A DNA stretch of 54,056 bases from Pseudomonadota bacterium (GCA_002863065.1 PKDL01000412.1:1-54056), one strand, 5' to 3'; positions 24,578 through 35,679 are shown, counted from the first letter of the stretch. Translations and numbers: made by a program. Notes: generated by a model not told the origin, from the letters alone.

Positions 24578-27241
24578 ATGACCATGTCGAACACAGAGTC
24601 TACGACACCTGAATTGGAGATGGCTAAGGCCTACGAACCACAAGATGTGGAGTCGAAATGGTATCAGTGGTGGCGCGAACAGGGTTTCTTTCGAGCGGAG
24701 GATGAAAGCGACAAGCCAGCGTATAGCATTGCGATGCCGCCTCCGAATGTGACCGGTTCTTTACACATTGGGCATGCGTTGACTGCGACACTCCAGGATA
24801 TCCTGATCCGGTGGCATCGGATGCGGGGGTACAACACTTTGTGGATGCCTGGAACCGATCACGCTGGCATTGCTACTCAGATGGTCGTTGAAAGAGAGTT
24901 GGCTAAAGAAAATGTGACCCGCTTTGACCTGGGGCGAGAGGCTTTCATCGAAAAAGTTTGGGAATGGAAGCATAAGTACCATGCGCGCATCACCATGCAG
25001 CATGAGCGGTTGGGAATTTCCTGCGATTGGGACCGCGAGCGTTTCACGATGGATGAAGGCCTTTCCAAAGCCGTTCGAGAAGTGTTCGTTCGTTTGCATG
25101 AAGATGGACTGATCTATCGCTCTGAGCGCTTGGTCAATTGGTCTCCAAAGATGCAGACGGTCCTCTCTGACTTGGAGGTGGAGGCAGTAGAGCAGGATGG
25201 TCATCTCTGGCACATGGCGTATCCAGTAAAGGATTCGGATGAGGTACTCGTTGTGGCAACAACTCGTCCTGAAACGATGCTTGGCGATACCGGTGTTGCC
25301 GTACACCCAGCGGATGAACGCTACACGCACCTCATCGGGCAGACCGTGATTTTGCCGCTGGTCGGTCGTGAAATTCCTATCGTGGGCGATGACATTCTGG
25401 TCGACATGGAGTTTGGAACCGGGTGTGTAAAAGTGACTCCCGCCCATGACTTCAATGACTTTGAAACGGGTCAGCGGCACAGCTTAGCTACGATAGCGAT
25501 CCTGGATAAGGATGCGCGAGTCAATGATGCCGCTCCGGAAAAGTACCGAGGCTTAGACCGTTATGAAGCTCGGGCGGCCGTAATTTCAGACCTCGAAGCC
25601 GCTGGTGCACTGGTCAAAATCGAAGACCATAAAATGAACGTTGGAGTGTCACAGCGGTCCGGTGAAGTCGTCGAACCCATGCTTTCCAAGCAGTGGTTCG
25701 TTCGGGCTGATGTACTTGCGAAGGAAGCGATTCGCGTCGTCGAGGATGGCGAAATCGAGATCATTCCCAAGAATTGGGAGAAGACATATTTTCACTGGAT
25801 GTATAATATTCGGGACTGGTGTATTTCTCGTCAGCTCTGGTGGGGGCACCGCATTCCCGCCTGGTATTGTAGTGATTGTGATGGCGTCACCGTATCTCGT
25901 CTAGATGCAACCGAATGTAGTCACTGTGGCAGTACTAAAATCGAGCAAGATGTCGACGTATTGGACACGTGGTTTAGTTCTGGCCTGTGGCCATTTTCAA
26001 CGCTTGGATGGCCCGATAAAACTCCCGCGCTAAAGACGTTCTACCCCAACTCTGTGATGGAGACTGGGCACGATATTCTCTTTTTCTGGGTCGCGCGGAT
26101 GATTATGTTGGGCTGTCGTTTCATGGACGAGATCCCATTCAAGCATATTTATCTGCATGCCATGGTCAGGGATGGTCAGGGCCAGAAGATGTCAAAAACT
26201 AAGGGCAACGTGGTGGACCCACTGTCCGTGGTCGATAAGCATGGTGCTGACGCCCTTCGGTTTACGCTTGCGGCGCTTACGGTCGCTGGTCGTAGCATCA
26301 AGTTGTCAGACCAAAGACTGGCAGGATATCGGAATTTTGCGACCAAGGTATGGAATGCATCGCGTTTCGTACTTATGAATTTTGATGACTTTGATGCGGA
26401 GGCCGCGGGCTACACAACATCGCCCGCGGATCGGTGGATTCTAACAAAGTTGGAGCGAGCAAGTCAGTTGATTGACACTCAGCTCAAAGGCTTTGATTTT
26501 GGGTCTGCGGCTAGCACGGTATACCAATTTATCTGGCATGAGCTCTGTGACTGGTACATTGAGTTTGCGAAGATAGGTTTGCAGGGAGATGGACGAGTTG
26601 CGACCCAGCATACTCTGCGGCGAGTCCTAGACGGGGCACTCCGTATGTTGCATCCATTCATGCCTCATCTCACTGAAGAAATTTGGCAGAAGCTGCCGCG
26701 AATGGCAGGGGATGCTCCAGCGTTGATCGTAAGCTCTTACGCATTCTCTAACGGGGAGGAGTTCCCAGAAGAAACGAAACAGGTCGATGCAGTGTGCGAT
26801 ATTGTCAGTGCACTCCGTACCATTCGGGGAGAAAATCAGATCTCTCCGAGCGCCACCATTGGTGTAATTGTCAATGCGGATGCCAACGCGTCTACCGATA
26901 TCGTAGAAGCTAGTCGGGCGTACGTGGAGCGGCTGGGTCGTGCGGATCTCCGTATTGCACAGGGGCTCCAAGCCCCCAAAGGCAGCGCTGTATTACGCGC
27001 AGGTCAGTACGAGGTCATCGTTCCATTAGAGGGTCTTGTAGACTTTGACGAAGAACGAAAGCGGCTTGAAAAAGTGATTAAGAAGCTTGAGGTAGACATT
27101 ACGAAGACGCAGAAAAAGCTTGGGAACGCACGATTTTTAGACCGTGCCCCAGTAGAAGTTGTGGAGAAAGAACGAGGCAAGTTAGCTGACTTCCAGGCTT
27201 CCAAGTATTCCGCAGAACAAGCCTTGGAGCGTTTACGCTAA
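24578..27241 (+). CDS. valS: Valine--tRNA ligase
   Basis: PPPNVTGSLHIGHA (HIGH), DHAGIATQMVVE, DWCISRQLWWGHRIP, KMSKTKGN (KMSKS) and a C-terminal coiled coil. ATG 24584 may be the true start. Confidence 0.98.
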   Translation: MTMSNTESTTPELEMAKAYEPQDVESKWYQWWREQGFFRAEDESDKPAYSIAMPPPNVTGSLHIGHALTATLQDILIRWHRMRGYNTLWMPGTDHAGIATQMVVERELAKENVTRFDLGREAFIEKVWEWKHKYHARITMQHERLGISCDWDRERFTMDEGLSKAVREVFVRLHEDGLIYRSERLVNWSPKMQTVLSDLEVEAVEQDGHLWHMAYPVKDSDEVLVVATTRPETMLGDTGVAVHPADERYTHLIGQTVILPLVGREIPIVGDDILVDMEFGTGCVKVTPAHDFNDFETGQRHSLATIAILDKDARVNDAAPEKYRGLDRYEARAAVISDLEAAGALVKIEDHKMNVGVSQRSGEVVEPMLSKQWFVRADVLAKEAIRVVEDGEIEIIPKNWEKTYFHWMYNIRDWCISRQLWWGHRIPAWYCSDCDGVTVSRLDATECSHCGSTKIEQDVDVLDTWFSSGLWPFSTLGWPDKTPALKTFYPNSVMETGHDILFFWVARMIMLGCRFMDEIPFKHIYLHAMVRDGQGQKMSKTKGNVVDPLSVVDKHGADALRFTLAALTVAGRSIKLSDQRLAGYRNFATKVWNASRFVLMNFDDFDAEAAGYTTSPADRWILTKLERASQLIDTQLKGFDFGSAASTVYQFIWHELCDWYIEFAKIGLQGDGRVATQHTLRRVLDGALRMLHPFMPHLTEEIWQKLPRMAGDAPALIVSSYAFSNGEEFPEETKQVDAVCDIVSALRTIRGENQISPSATIGVIVNADANASTDIVEASRAYVERLGRADLRIAQGLQAPKGSAVLRAGQYEVIVPLEGLVDFDEERKRLEKVIKKLEVDITKTQKKLGNARFLDRAPVEVVEKERGKLADFQASKYSAEQALERLR

Positions 27242-27275
27242 GCGCAAGGATAGGACGGCTGCTGATCGCGGCGTT

Positions 27276-28499
27276 CTAATATCTCCCAAATATCTGGGAG
27301 AAGGTGAAAATCGGTCGGGATTCACCGATCGTTCGGCGGTAGGCACCAATACCAATGTGGGTGACCGAAGGATCCAAGATATTTCGCAGGTGTGATGGAC
27401 TCCGTAGCAAGTCCGCATGGACTGTGTCTGGGCTTAGTCCAATCGCAATATTCTCCAACGCGAGCGACATGCGTATATTTGCGCGTCTAAGTCGTTCAGC
27501 AAGCCCACCTCGCGACGGCGACTCATGACCAAAGTACCCCTCTGTTGCCATATCTTCGGCGTGTGACGTCGCTGCATCGGTCAGAGCATTGGACAAGCGG
27601 AGCGGGGGTAAGTGATGTACTTTCCGCGAGCGATTGACGAGCCGCACAGCTCGTGATGCAGCCACTTCTGGGGTTGCTGGTAGGCTTTCAGGTGGTCGAA
27701 GTCTTACAATCGGAACTTGTCGGGGAGCACCTGGCTTGCTGGCATACACTTCCATGAGGTTTAACACCTGTGTGCCGAACCGATCGTTGGCTTGCACCTC
27801 GATGATATACCGCCCTGGACCGCTGTTGAATGAAATATGAGTCCAGAATACACCATGAGCGGTGCGGGGCTGTAATTCCATGACTCCAGCGTTTGGCGTT
27901 GCCACCAGAAGGCGCGGATTAATGAGTCCCTCGGTTAGTCGACCGTCAACTACATAGCGCTGGCCGAGTTCGAAGTGGGTGGGGAGCCGACCTAGCCATG
28001 CACCTCGGCGCACGAAGAGCAATGCGATGTGGATGGCATCATTCTCGGCGCGCACCGCTACGCCGAAGTGGCTGACATGAGCGTTACGAACCTCCGTCTT
28101 TAGGACATGCATTACGGGGCTGATGGTCGGCTCCTGCCGTACTCGGTACCTAATCGGAAGCGCAAAGGCGTCGCTCGCTCCGCTCGCGCGCATTGCGTCT
28201 CTCGCCGTCAGGTTCCGATTTCTCGTCAGTCGCTCAGCAGCTTCTGTCAAGGTACGGTCAAGCACAGCATTTTTACCAATGACTTTTTTGATTTGAATCG
28301 CGAGTTGCGCAGATGGACCACTCGGAGGGCGAAGTGCCTCCCTGGGATGGTACTCATATCTCTCTGGCAGCTGACGTGCAGAGGCTGCATGTGCCGTCAG
28401 GGCGAGGGAGGTGATGGCGATCAATAAAACTGTGTGCCGGGAGATTGTATTTCTACTCCGGGATCTTCTCTGTCTTTTGTCCACAGTCATACTCGTCAC
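27276..28499 (-). CDS. Exported CAP (SCP-like) domain protein
   Basis: Signal peptide/TM; C-terminal LVNRSR..L..L..AATSHAEDM..GYFGHES..ENIA..SPSHLRNILDP..THIGIG. Start uncertain. Confidence 0.8.
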   Translation of the reverse strand: MTSMTVDKRQRRSRSRNTISRHTVLLIAITSLALTAHAASARQLPERYEYHPREALRPPSGPSAQLAIQIKKVIGKNAVLDRTLTEAAERLTRNRNLTARDAMRASGASDAFALPIRYRVRQEPTISPVMHVLKTEVRNAHVSHFGVAVRAENDAIHIALLFVRRGAWLGRLPTHFELGQRYVVDGRLTEGLINPRLLVATPNAGVMELQPRTAHGVFWTHISFNSGPGRYIIEVQANDRFGTQVLNLMEVYASKPGAPRQVPIVRLRPPESLPATPEVAASRAVRLVNRSRKVHHLPPLRLSNALTDAATSHAEDMATEGYFGHESPSRGGLAERLRRANIRMSLALENIAIGLSPDTVHADLLRSPSHLRNILDPSVTHIGIGAYRRTIGESRPIFTFSQIFGRY

Positions 28500-28646
28500 C
28501 CGGGGAAAGTATCTCCGCTCGTATCACTGCGCCAGAACAACGGTCAGTTTCGGGGTCACTTGGGTTCTTTGAGTCCTTTCGTTCTGTTGGTGCATACGGT
28601 ATTTCGAAGTTTCTGACGGTGTGTTTTCCACCTCTGGAGGATAGAA

Positions 28647-29900
28647 ATGACAGCGATCAGTAGCGACGTAGCTACACTCTGCAGACAGGCAAAGACGGCT
28701 CAAACCGCATTGTCGATTGCATCGACAGGTCTAAAAAATAAGGTGCTCAAGCAGGTATCCATAAGACTTGTAGAGTCTATTGAGACGATTCTTGCTGCAA
28801 ATCAGCGCGATTTGGATGCAGCGGAAGCCAATCAGCTGAGTACAGCAATGATCGATCGTCTCCGTCTGACGCCGACACGCATTGAAAGTCTCGCAGCCGG
28901 TGTGGATTCTGTTGCGGCACTACCGGATCCGGTTGGTGCAATAGTGCAACAAACACGACGTCCTAATGGCCTTCTTGTTGGCCGTATGCGGATTCCTCTG
29001 GGTGTGGTTGCGATGATATTCGAGTCACGACCTAACATCGTGATCGATGCCGCAGTGTTGTGCTTAAAATCGGGGAATGCGTGCGTTCTGAAGGGTGGTA
29101 GTGAGGCCCGATATACGAATCAGGTACTTGTATCGGTGCTCCACGAGGCGTTGAACGATTGTGGTTTACCAGTAGATGCGGTGGTGAGTCTCACAGAGCG
29201 ATCTCAAGTCGCGACGCTGTTGGAGCAGTCGGATACGGTGGATTTAGTTATTCCACGGGGTGGAGAAGGTCTCATTCGCTACGTTACGTCGAATAGTCGC
29301 ATACCGGTCGTCCAGCATTATAAGGGAGTGTGCCACGTGTTCATCGACGCAGGTGCCGACCCGGACATGGCCGAGTCGATTGTAGTCAATTCGAAGGCTC
29401 AACGACCAGGCGTTTGTAATGCGGCTGAGACGTTGTTGGTGCATCGCAGTGAAGCAAAAGAGCAATTACCGCGTTTGCTCGGCGCGCTTGCCGCTGCGGG
29501 TGTGTCATTAGTAGGGACAGAAGAAGTTCGAGCCTTGTGTCCTAATGTGGAACCCGCCCGGGCGGAAGATTGGGACGAAGAGTATCTGAGTTTGAAAATG
29601 AGCGTCGCGCTTGTTGCTGATATCCATGATGCAATCGATCACATCAGAAGGCATGGTTCTGACCACACTGAGGTAATCGTCACTGAGAGTTACTCTCGAG
29701 CTCAGCATTTTGTAGCCGCCGTGCCATCGAGTTGTGTGCTGGTTAATGCAGCGACACGGTTCAATGATGGTGGTCAGCTTGGCCTGGGAGCGGAGATCGG
29801 AATAAGCACATCGCGACTGCATGCATACGGGCCTATGGGGCTCAATGAGCTAACAACGATGAAGTTTGTGGTGTATGGCACCGGGCAAGTACGCGCGTGA
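28647..29900 (+). CDS. proA: Gamma-glutamyl phosphate reductase
   Basis: PLGVVAMIFESRPN, KSGNACVLKGGSEA, IPRGGEGLI, GVCHVF, CNAAETLLVH, RFNDGGQLGLGAEIGISTSRLHAYGPMGL. Confidence 0.97.
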   Translation: MTAISSDVATLCRQAKTAQTALSIASTGLKNKVLKQVSIRLVESIETILAANQRDLDAAEANQLSTAMIDRLRLTPTRIESLAAGVDSVAALPDPVGAIVQQTRRPNGLLVGRMRIPLGVVAMIFESRPNIVIDAAVLCLKSGNACVLKGGSEARYTNQVLVSVLHEALNDCGLPVDAVVSLTERSQVATLLEQSDTVDLVIPRGGEGLIRYVTSNSRIPVVQHYKGVCHVFIDAGADPDMAESIVVNSKAQRPGVCNAAETLLVHRSEAKEQLPRLLGALAAAGVSLVGTEEVRALCPNVEPARAEDWDEEYLSLKMSVALVADIHDAIDHIRRHGSDHTEVIVTESYSRAQHFVAAVPSSCVLVNAATRFNDGGQLGLGAEIGISTSRLHAYGPMGLNELTTMKFVVYGTGQVRA

Positions 29901-30030
29901 GTGAACACACCGTTCGTGGGGAAAACCCACACTCCGGTGAGCAATGCGTTCGATGTTCGTGTACGCTATAGACTCAGTGCAGGTGCACTGGGTACAAAAT
30001 TGAGCTGCCACTAGAGGAGACGAGCCGCTC

Positions 30031-30456
30031 TTGAGCACATCTACAATGGAATCTGCGCGCGAGCTTGCCTTGCGCCTCGCCGAGATCGCATTTGAAAAAA
30101 AAGCCTTCCAACTACGGGTTTACGAAGTTAGAGACTCGGTTGGATATACAGATTGTATGTTGATCTGTAGTGGTAGAAGCGATCGTCAGGTCAAAGCGAT
30201 CTCGGATCACATCGCTCTTACCACAAAAAAGCAGGATGGAATTCGCGTGCATGGCGTAGAAGGGGCCGATGCTGGTCAATGGGTCCTCATGGATTATGCG
30301 GATGTCATTGTTCACATTTTCAACGCCCCAGTACGTGAGTACTACGACCTTGATTCGATGTTCCAAACCGCAACACGGGTGCCGGTTGACGAACCGCCGT
30401 GGGAAGAGGAAATGCGCGAGAGCATCTTCGAACAGGGACTGTTGTCGGGTCCGTAA
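30031..30456 (+). CDS. rsfS: Ribosome silencing factor
   Basis: EKKA, DCMLICSGRSDRQVKAI, VEG...WVLMDYADVIVHIF...REYYDLD; TTG start. Confidence 0.93.
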   Translation: MSTSTMESARELALRLAEIAFEKKAFQLRVYEVRDSVGYTDCMLICSGRSDRQVKAISDHIALTTKKQDGIRVHGVEGADAGQWVLMDYADVIVHIFNAPVREYYDLDSMFQTATRVPVDEPPWEEEMRESIFEQGLLSGP

Positions 30457-30491
30457 ATGTTTGTAGGTGCCGGTAATTAGGTGATTAGTCC

Positions 30492-30914
30492 ATGAAACTA
30501 CGTATCGTATCACGGGCGCGCCTACGTGAACCGTCCCTCCGAGAGAGATTCACCTACTACCAAAAGCTGCTTCGGAGTCGCATGCCTATCGAGTTGCAGC
30601 ATGCAAGGAAGAGTGGCATTCGGGCATTGCTTCCGAAAAGGCACAAAGTGATCGCACTCGATGAAGCGGGACACGAGCTGTCATCGGTGGAAATGGCTCA
30701 ACGGATTGCGCAATTTCAGAAAGAAGCATGGCTTGGAGTCACGTTTATTATTGGTGAGGCTGATGGCCTGTCCGCCGAAGAGCGGAGCTGTGCTGATGAG
30801 TTCTGGAGCCTGTCCCGCCTAACGTTACCCCATCAAATGTGCATAGTACTGTTGGCAGAGCAGTTGTATCGCTCATCCGCAATCCTTCGGGGCGAGCCGT
30901 ACCATCGTGCTTAG
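30492..30914 (+). CDS. rlmH: 23S rRNA (pseudouridine-1915-N3)-methyltransferase
   Basis: IALDEAG..LSS, FIIGEADGL, WSLSRLTLPHQMCIVLLAEQLYRSSAILRGEPYHR; follows rsfS. Confidence 0.92.
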   Translation: MKLRIVSRARLREPSLRERFTYYQKLLRSRMPIELQHARKSGIRALLPKRHKVIALDEAGHELSSVEMAQRIAQFQKEAWLGVTFIIGEADGLSAEERSCADEFWSLSRLTLPHQMCIVLLAEQLYRSSAILRGEPYHRA

Positions 30915-30970
30915 TGTATTCCCCTACTAAACATACTTGCATAGTTTGTAATGACCGTTACAACCTCATC

Positions 30971-31648
30971 GTGACAGCCTTGATTCATGACCTTCTTTCT
31001 CTTCTTCATCTGGACCGCTGCATAGGCTGTTCGCGGCACTCTGAAACACCATTTTGCACGTATTGCGAGGTATCCGTAATGCGCATGCGAAAGATCTGTC
31101 CAGGCTGTGGGAATACGAGAAGTAATACGTATCTCTGTGGTCGTTGTGCGGTGCATGGTGCCACATTTGATGGCGTCACATGGTCTTACGAGTATGGCGG
31201 CGCCGTTGCAGACGCAATCTCAGCTTTGAAGTTTCGCCATGCCATAGAACATGCCCGCGGATTGACGGCGGACTGTGTGCTTCCGGCAGGCTCATGGGAT
31301 TATCTGATTCCAGTGCCGTTACACCGGACTCGTTTACGAAGCCGAGGGTTCAATCAGTCTGCACTCCTCGCACGGTGTATCTCGAAACATCATGGAATCG
31401 CGGTTGCGCACCAGCTTCTCTATCGAACACGAAATACCTGTCCGCAGCGCAGCCTACCCGAATCCTTGAGACGCCGTAATATGAAGAGAGCTTTTATCGC
31501 GTCATCTCCAGAAGCGATCATTGGTCGAAATATCGTATTGATCGATGATGTAATGACCACGGGGACGACCTTGCTTGAGTGTTCGAAGGTGCTACGGGCC
31601 CACGGGGCACGACGGGTCGGGGCATGGACAGTCGCTCGGCGTACCTGA
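30971..31648 (+). CDS. comF: ComF-family phosphoribosyltransferase with double zinc ribbon
   Basis: CIGC..C..C..CPGC..CGRC, IPVPLH..RLRSRGFNQS, LIDDVMTTGTTL. Start trimmed to GTG 30971. Confidence 0.88.
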   Translation: MTALIHDLLSLLHLDRCIGCSRHSETPFCTYCEVSVMRMRKICPGCGNTRSNTYLCGRCAVHGATFDGVTWSYEYGGAVADAISALKFRHAIEHARGLTADCVLPAGSWDYLIPVPLHRTRLRSRGFNQSALLARCISKHHGIAVAHQLLYRTRNTCPQRSLPESLRRRNMKRAFIASSPEAIIGRNIVLIDDVMTTGTTLLECSKVLRAHGARRVGAWTVARRT

Positions 31649-32570
31649 GAGGGTTCCTGGACATTGTTGGTCACGCATACATTACTCCAGCAGGTTCGTT
31701 ACTTTAGTTCATCACTGCGTGGATCGGGTGATTCAACTCGCTTCTTGTACTCTGTGTGGTCACGACGTCCACACACTGAAGAAATTCCGGCGATGTACTA
31801 GGCAACAAAAAGGCGGTATGGCGCCGCAATGCCTTCCCGCAGTTATTCCAACTATCCGACGAGAGCGCCGAGTCAGCATGCATGAACTTGGTCATGGGTT
31901 CGGTACGCAGCTGGAGTAGTGTGGCCTCCCAACGCGGGTTTATCCCGTCCTCATAATCCAGTTCCCTGGATAGCATCCGCAGCTGGATACGCTTCAGGGC
32001 GTATCAGGTTATGCGTCATCATCCAGCGTCTGCTGGGGATGTTTTGATACTGAATGGCTAGTATGTTTCCCGTGAGTCTCACTGTTGCACACAGGATATA
32101 CGCCCACATACGATGCAACACGTGAGCACTGGGCTACGGACCCCGTCGACTCTAGCGGCTTCAAAGCGGCAAGTAGTCGTCCCCTTAGTTCCTTAGTCAG
32201 CCATCTGAGTCGTGAGTCTGAGTAGGAAACTGACCGTCAGTAGTACGGGACTGCATATGATTAGGAACGAACGCTCGATACAGTAGTTGTACGGCGACTC
32301 AGTGCCAGTCATACGCTGGCGGTTAATCGGTTGTGAGAGAGTGCATGCACTCGCCGCCTTAAAGGTAACCTTGCGTATTGAGCACACCGTAGTCTTTATA
32401 CCTCGCCTTGCGCTTTTGTAGGCCGTGACGATGGCAGCCAGTACAAAGGTGACGTCCAAGACCAGAAGGGCGCGAGCCAACAGGCACTGAAAACCGCAGT
32501 GCACTGCACTTTGTGGTTTCGAGATACCAGTATGAGCTCAATCTACTCGGACATCACTCTTATCTGCGAT

Positions 32571-33314
32571 TTAGAAATAGAACTGGAGGGTGGCCTCAGT
32601 CGTGATGCTATCGATAAATGCGGCTTCCCTCTGAAGGTAGACGTAGTAATTATCCGCCGTATTGTCCACGTAGAAGCCGCGATATAAGACTTTGAGTCCG
32701 AGGCCTATGGAGTCAGTGAAGCGGATATCTACGCCGCCTCCAATGTCAAAACCGAATCCAGAGAGTTCATATGCAAAACTTTCTGACAGCATGTATGCGC
32801 CAATGCCGAGCTGTACGTACGGTTCAATTCGTTGCGACCACGGAAGAAAAAATACCTTCGCATCCAGATTGAGCGAGTGGATGGCGTTGACTGGCATACT
32901 TCCCAGGGTGGTTTGTACGGCGGTTGATTGGAAGGATGCCATCCAGTTGGCTTCAAGAGCCAGCATTGGTAGTAATCTGAAGCCAATGCCGACAATGAAA
33001 CCACCTCCACCCTGATATGCATTGTCTAATGTGGTGCTTGCATCGTCGATCACGAAGTGACCAAGGCCACCGAACGTAAGGTAGGGACCAAAATTAGAGG
33101 GTAGAGTGGGTTCTGGTTGTGCGCGATTTACCTTCACTCGTCGAAGACGAGAACGCCGCGGTCTGTAGTGCGGTGGTTGTACAAGTCGGCTGTCAAGCGT
33201 GAGACCGGAAGCGAAATCTTGGTCTGAGTCCGTCGCGACGGTGTCATTCGGAGTATCGGCTAACGCAGGAGCTGCCAACAACGAGCAGAACAAACAAACA
33301 ATGAGTCGATTCAT
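32571..33314 (-). CDS. Small outer-membrane beta-barrel (OmpA-like/porin-family) protein
   Basis: Signal peptide (..LLAAPALA), eight-strand pattern (IEPYVQLGIG, FDIGGGVDIRF) and C-terminal FYF. Confidence 0.8.
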   Translation of the reverse strand: MNRLIVCLFCSLLAAPALADTPNDTVATDSDQDFASGLTLDSRLVQPPHYRPRRSRLRRVKVNRAQPEPTLPSNFGPYLTFGGLGHFVIDDASTTLDNAYQGGGGFIVGIGFRLLPMLALEANWMASFQSTAVQTTLGSMPVNAIHSLNLDAKVFFLPWSQRIEPYVQLGIGAYMLSESFAYELSGFGFDIGGGVDIRFTDSIGLGLKVLYRGFYVDNTADNYYVYLQREAAFIDSITTEATLQFYF

Positions 33315-33438
33315 AATCTAAGGCTCCAATGTGTGGCCAGGTCACGTCTCAAGTTGACCAGACGCGAGGGACAGTTGTTAGACGGAGCACGCGTGTGGTT
33401 ATTCGTAACTGTTCCTCGAAGCCATCCGCATGAGGTCA

Positions 33439-34119
33439 TTAGACAGTTACCATGCTGATGTCCGGCAGGTTAGCAAAGCGCTCTACACTCGAGAAAGGCA
33501 GCTCGTTGAGTAGTGCATCTGTCAATGTGTTCCGCACGTTCTGCATCGATAGCTCAGTCTCAAGTACATGCTGCATCGAGGTAACGCCACGTGTATGGAG
33601 TCCACACGGTACAATCATCTCGTATGCAGAGAGATCAGGAGAGACATTCAGTGAGATACCGTGACGAGTCACGCGGCGGGCGATGCGTAGACCAATCGCC
33701 GCGATTTTATCTTGGTCCACCCAGACGCCAGGTGTTTCATCTTCCCAGTGGGCGGTAATTCCATATTCAGCAAGTGTAGCTCGCAGTGCATTAGACAGTA
33801 GGCAAATGAGTGCCCTAACTGTAAGACTCGAACGATCTAATGGCAGGATTGGATATGCGACAAGTTGCCCTGGCCCGTGCCAGGTAATATCGCCTCCTCG
33901 GTCCACTCGATGTATGGCCCATCCTCTTTGTTCCAAGGCATGTGAATCGATGATGTGGCTTGGATCCGCATGACGGCCCAAGGTGACGGTATTCGGGTGA
34001 GTGAGAATCATAAGCGCAGCATCAATTACATTTAATCGCACCTGTTCATGAAGGTAATACTGTGCCTCCAATGCGTGCTTGTAAGCCGTTTGCGGAAGGT
34101 CGAAGAGGTGCACTTTCAT
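33439..34119 (-). CDS. lipB: Lipoyl(octanoyl) transferase
   Basis: LTHPNTVTLGR, DRGGDITWHGPGQLVAYPI, GVWV..KIAAIGLRI...TRHGISLN, IVPCGL. True start is ATG 34119 (MKVHLFDL). Confidence 0.93.
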   Translation of the reverse strand: MKVHLFDLPQTAYKHALEAQYYLHEQVRLNVIDAALMILTHPNTVTLGRHADPSHIIDSHALEQRGWAIHRVDRGGDITWHGPGQLVAYPILPLDRSSLTVRALICLLSNALRATLAEYGITAHWEDETPGVWVDQDKIAAIGLRIARRVTRHGISLNVSPDLSAYEMIVPCGLHTRGVTSMQHVLETELSMQNVRNTLTDALLNELPFSSVERFANLPDISMVTV

Positions 34120-34194
34120 GTAAACAGGATGTGGTGCGATGTGCCCGGTAGCAAGTTCTTCCCCATCCGAGGATCGCACCACCGAATGAATCAC

Positions 34195-34223
34195 TTGACA
34201 GTCAGAACTGTAGAGCTTACGTT
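34195..34223 (+). promoter_or_regulatory. sigma70 promoter of rho, followed by a ~200-nt structured leader
   Basis: TTGACA-N17-TACGTT; the leader contains several hairpins (e.g. ACCGCGA/TCGCGGT). Confidence 0.6.
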
Positions 34224-34431
34224 GCGCCCGATTTCGGGCATAGCGCGAAAGGACCGGCCATTCGACTGGTCTCGATTCAGCACACCGTTGAATCAGCGAG
34301 CCCACTTGACCTACCGCGAGGTTACACATTCGCGGTTCCACTACATCAGAGGCAGCCAATACGACAGTGCTGAACTCTGACACTCCTACCATGCCCCGCG
34401 CCCGGGGCGAGATCACCAGGAACGAATCTCG

Positions 34432-35679
34432 ATGAATCTCAAGGACCTCAAAGACGAGAAGATCAGCGAACTTGTTCGCATGGCAGGCGACCTCGGAGTC
34501 GAGGGAGCTCGAAACCTACGCAAGCACGAGCTCATTTTTGCAATTTTGCAAGCTCAGACCGAAAAAAATGGCTATGTGATCGGTGAAGGTGTTCTACAAA
34601 CACTTCCCGACGGCTTCGGCTTTCTTCGTGCGCCTGATTACAACTATTTTCCAGGATCGGACGATATTTACGTGTCTCCGTCGCAGATCCGCCGCTTCAA
34701 CCTACGCACAGGTGACACGGTTTACGGCCAGATTCGACCGCCGAAAGAGGGCGAGCGTTACTTTGCGTTGCTGAAAGTTGAGAAAGTAAACTTCGAAGAG
34801 CCCGAGCGGTCTCGAGAGAAGGTGCTATTCGACAACCTAACACCCCTTTACCCGCAAGAGCGACTCAACCTTGAGTTCGATTCGAAAAACTACTCGACGC
34901 GGATTATCGATTTGCTCTGCCCCCTTGGAAAAGGTCAGCGAGCACTCATCGTATCCCCACCTCGTGCAGGTAAGACCGTTCTCATGCAGGATATTGCGAA
35001 CGGCATAGCTCGAAACCATAAAGAGGTGTACCTCATCGTACTGCTCATCGACGAGCGACCTGAGGAAGTCACCGACATGGAGCGTAGTGTTAACGCTGAG
35101 GTGATCAGCTCGACATTTGACGAGCCTGCACAACGCCACGTTCAGGTGGCTGAGATGGTCATTGAAAAAGCAAAGCGTCTTGTAGAGCACAAGCGCGATG
35201 TTGTGATCCTTTTGGATTCGATCACCCGCCTCGCACGGGCTTACAACACGGTGGTACCGCCGAGTGGTAAAATTCTATCCGGTGGTGTGGATTCGAATGC
35301 TCTTCATAAGCCGAAGCGTTTCTTTGGCGCAGCACGGAACATTGAAGAGGGCGGTAGCCTAACGATTATTGGTACGGCTCTGATCGATACTGGTAGCCGG
35401 ATGGACGAGGTGATCTTTGAGGAGTTCAAAGGTACGGGTAATGCGGAGATTCATCTCGATCGAAAGTTGATGGAGAAACGAATTTTCCCATGCCTGGACA
35501 TCAACAAGTCCGGAACGCGAAAAGAAGAACTGTTGATGGGGCAAGAGCGACTTCACCGTATTTGGATTCTTCGCCAGTTGCTTCACCCGCTCAATGTCAT
35601 TGACTCTATGGAGTTCCTACTCGACAAGATCGGCAAAACTAAGTCGAATGCAGAATTCGTCGAGTCGATGAGCGGCTAG
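34432..35679 (+). CDS. rho: Transcription termination factor Rho
   Basis: [66 protein letters not shown]. Confidence 0.99.
   Translation: MNLKDLKDEKISELVRMAGDLGVEGARNLRKHELIFAILQAQTEKNGYVIGEGVLQTLPDGFGFLRAPDYNYFPGSDDIYVSPSQIRRFNLRTGDTVYGQIRPPKEGERYFALLKVEKVNFEEPERSREKVLFDNLTPLYPQERLNLEFDSKNYSTRIIDLLCPLGKGQRALIVSPPRAGKTVLMQDIANGIARNHKEVYLIVLLIDERPEEVTDMERSVNAEVISSTFDEPAQRHVQVAEMVIEKAKRLVEHKRDVVILLDSITRLARAYNTVVPPSGKILSGGVDSNALHKPKRFFGAARNIEEGGSLTIIGTALIDTGSRMDEVIFEEFKGTGNAEIHLDRKLMEKRIFPCLDINKSGTRKEELLMGQERLHRIWILRQLLHPLNVIDSMEFLLDKIGKTKSNAEFVESMSG

Noticed and set aside
31930-31960. tmRNA/tRNA T-arm (ACGCGGGTTTATCCCGT)
   Set aside because: The loop is 5 nt rather than TTCRANT, with no acceptor stem or CCA.
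33439-34416. LipB with a 99-aa N-terminal extension
   Set aside because: The extension runs antisense across the rho promoter and leader and does not look protein-like; homology starts at ATG 34119.
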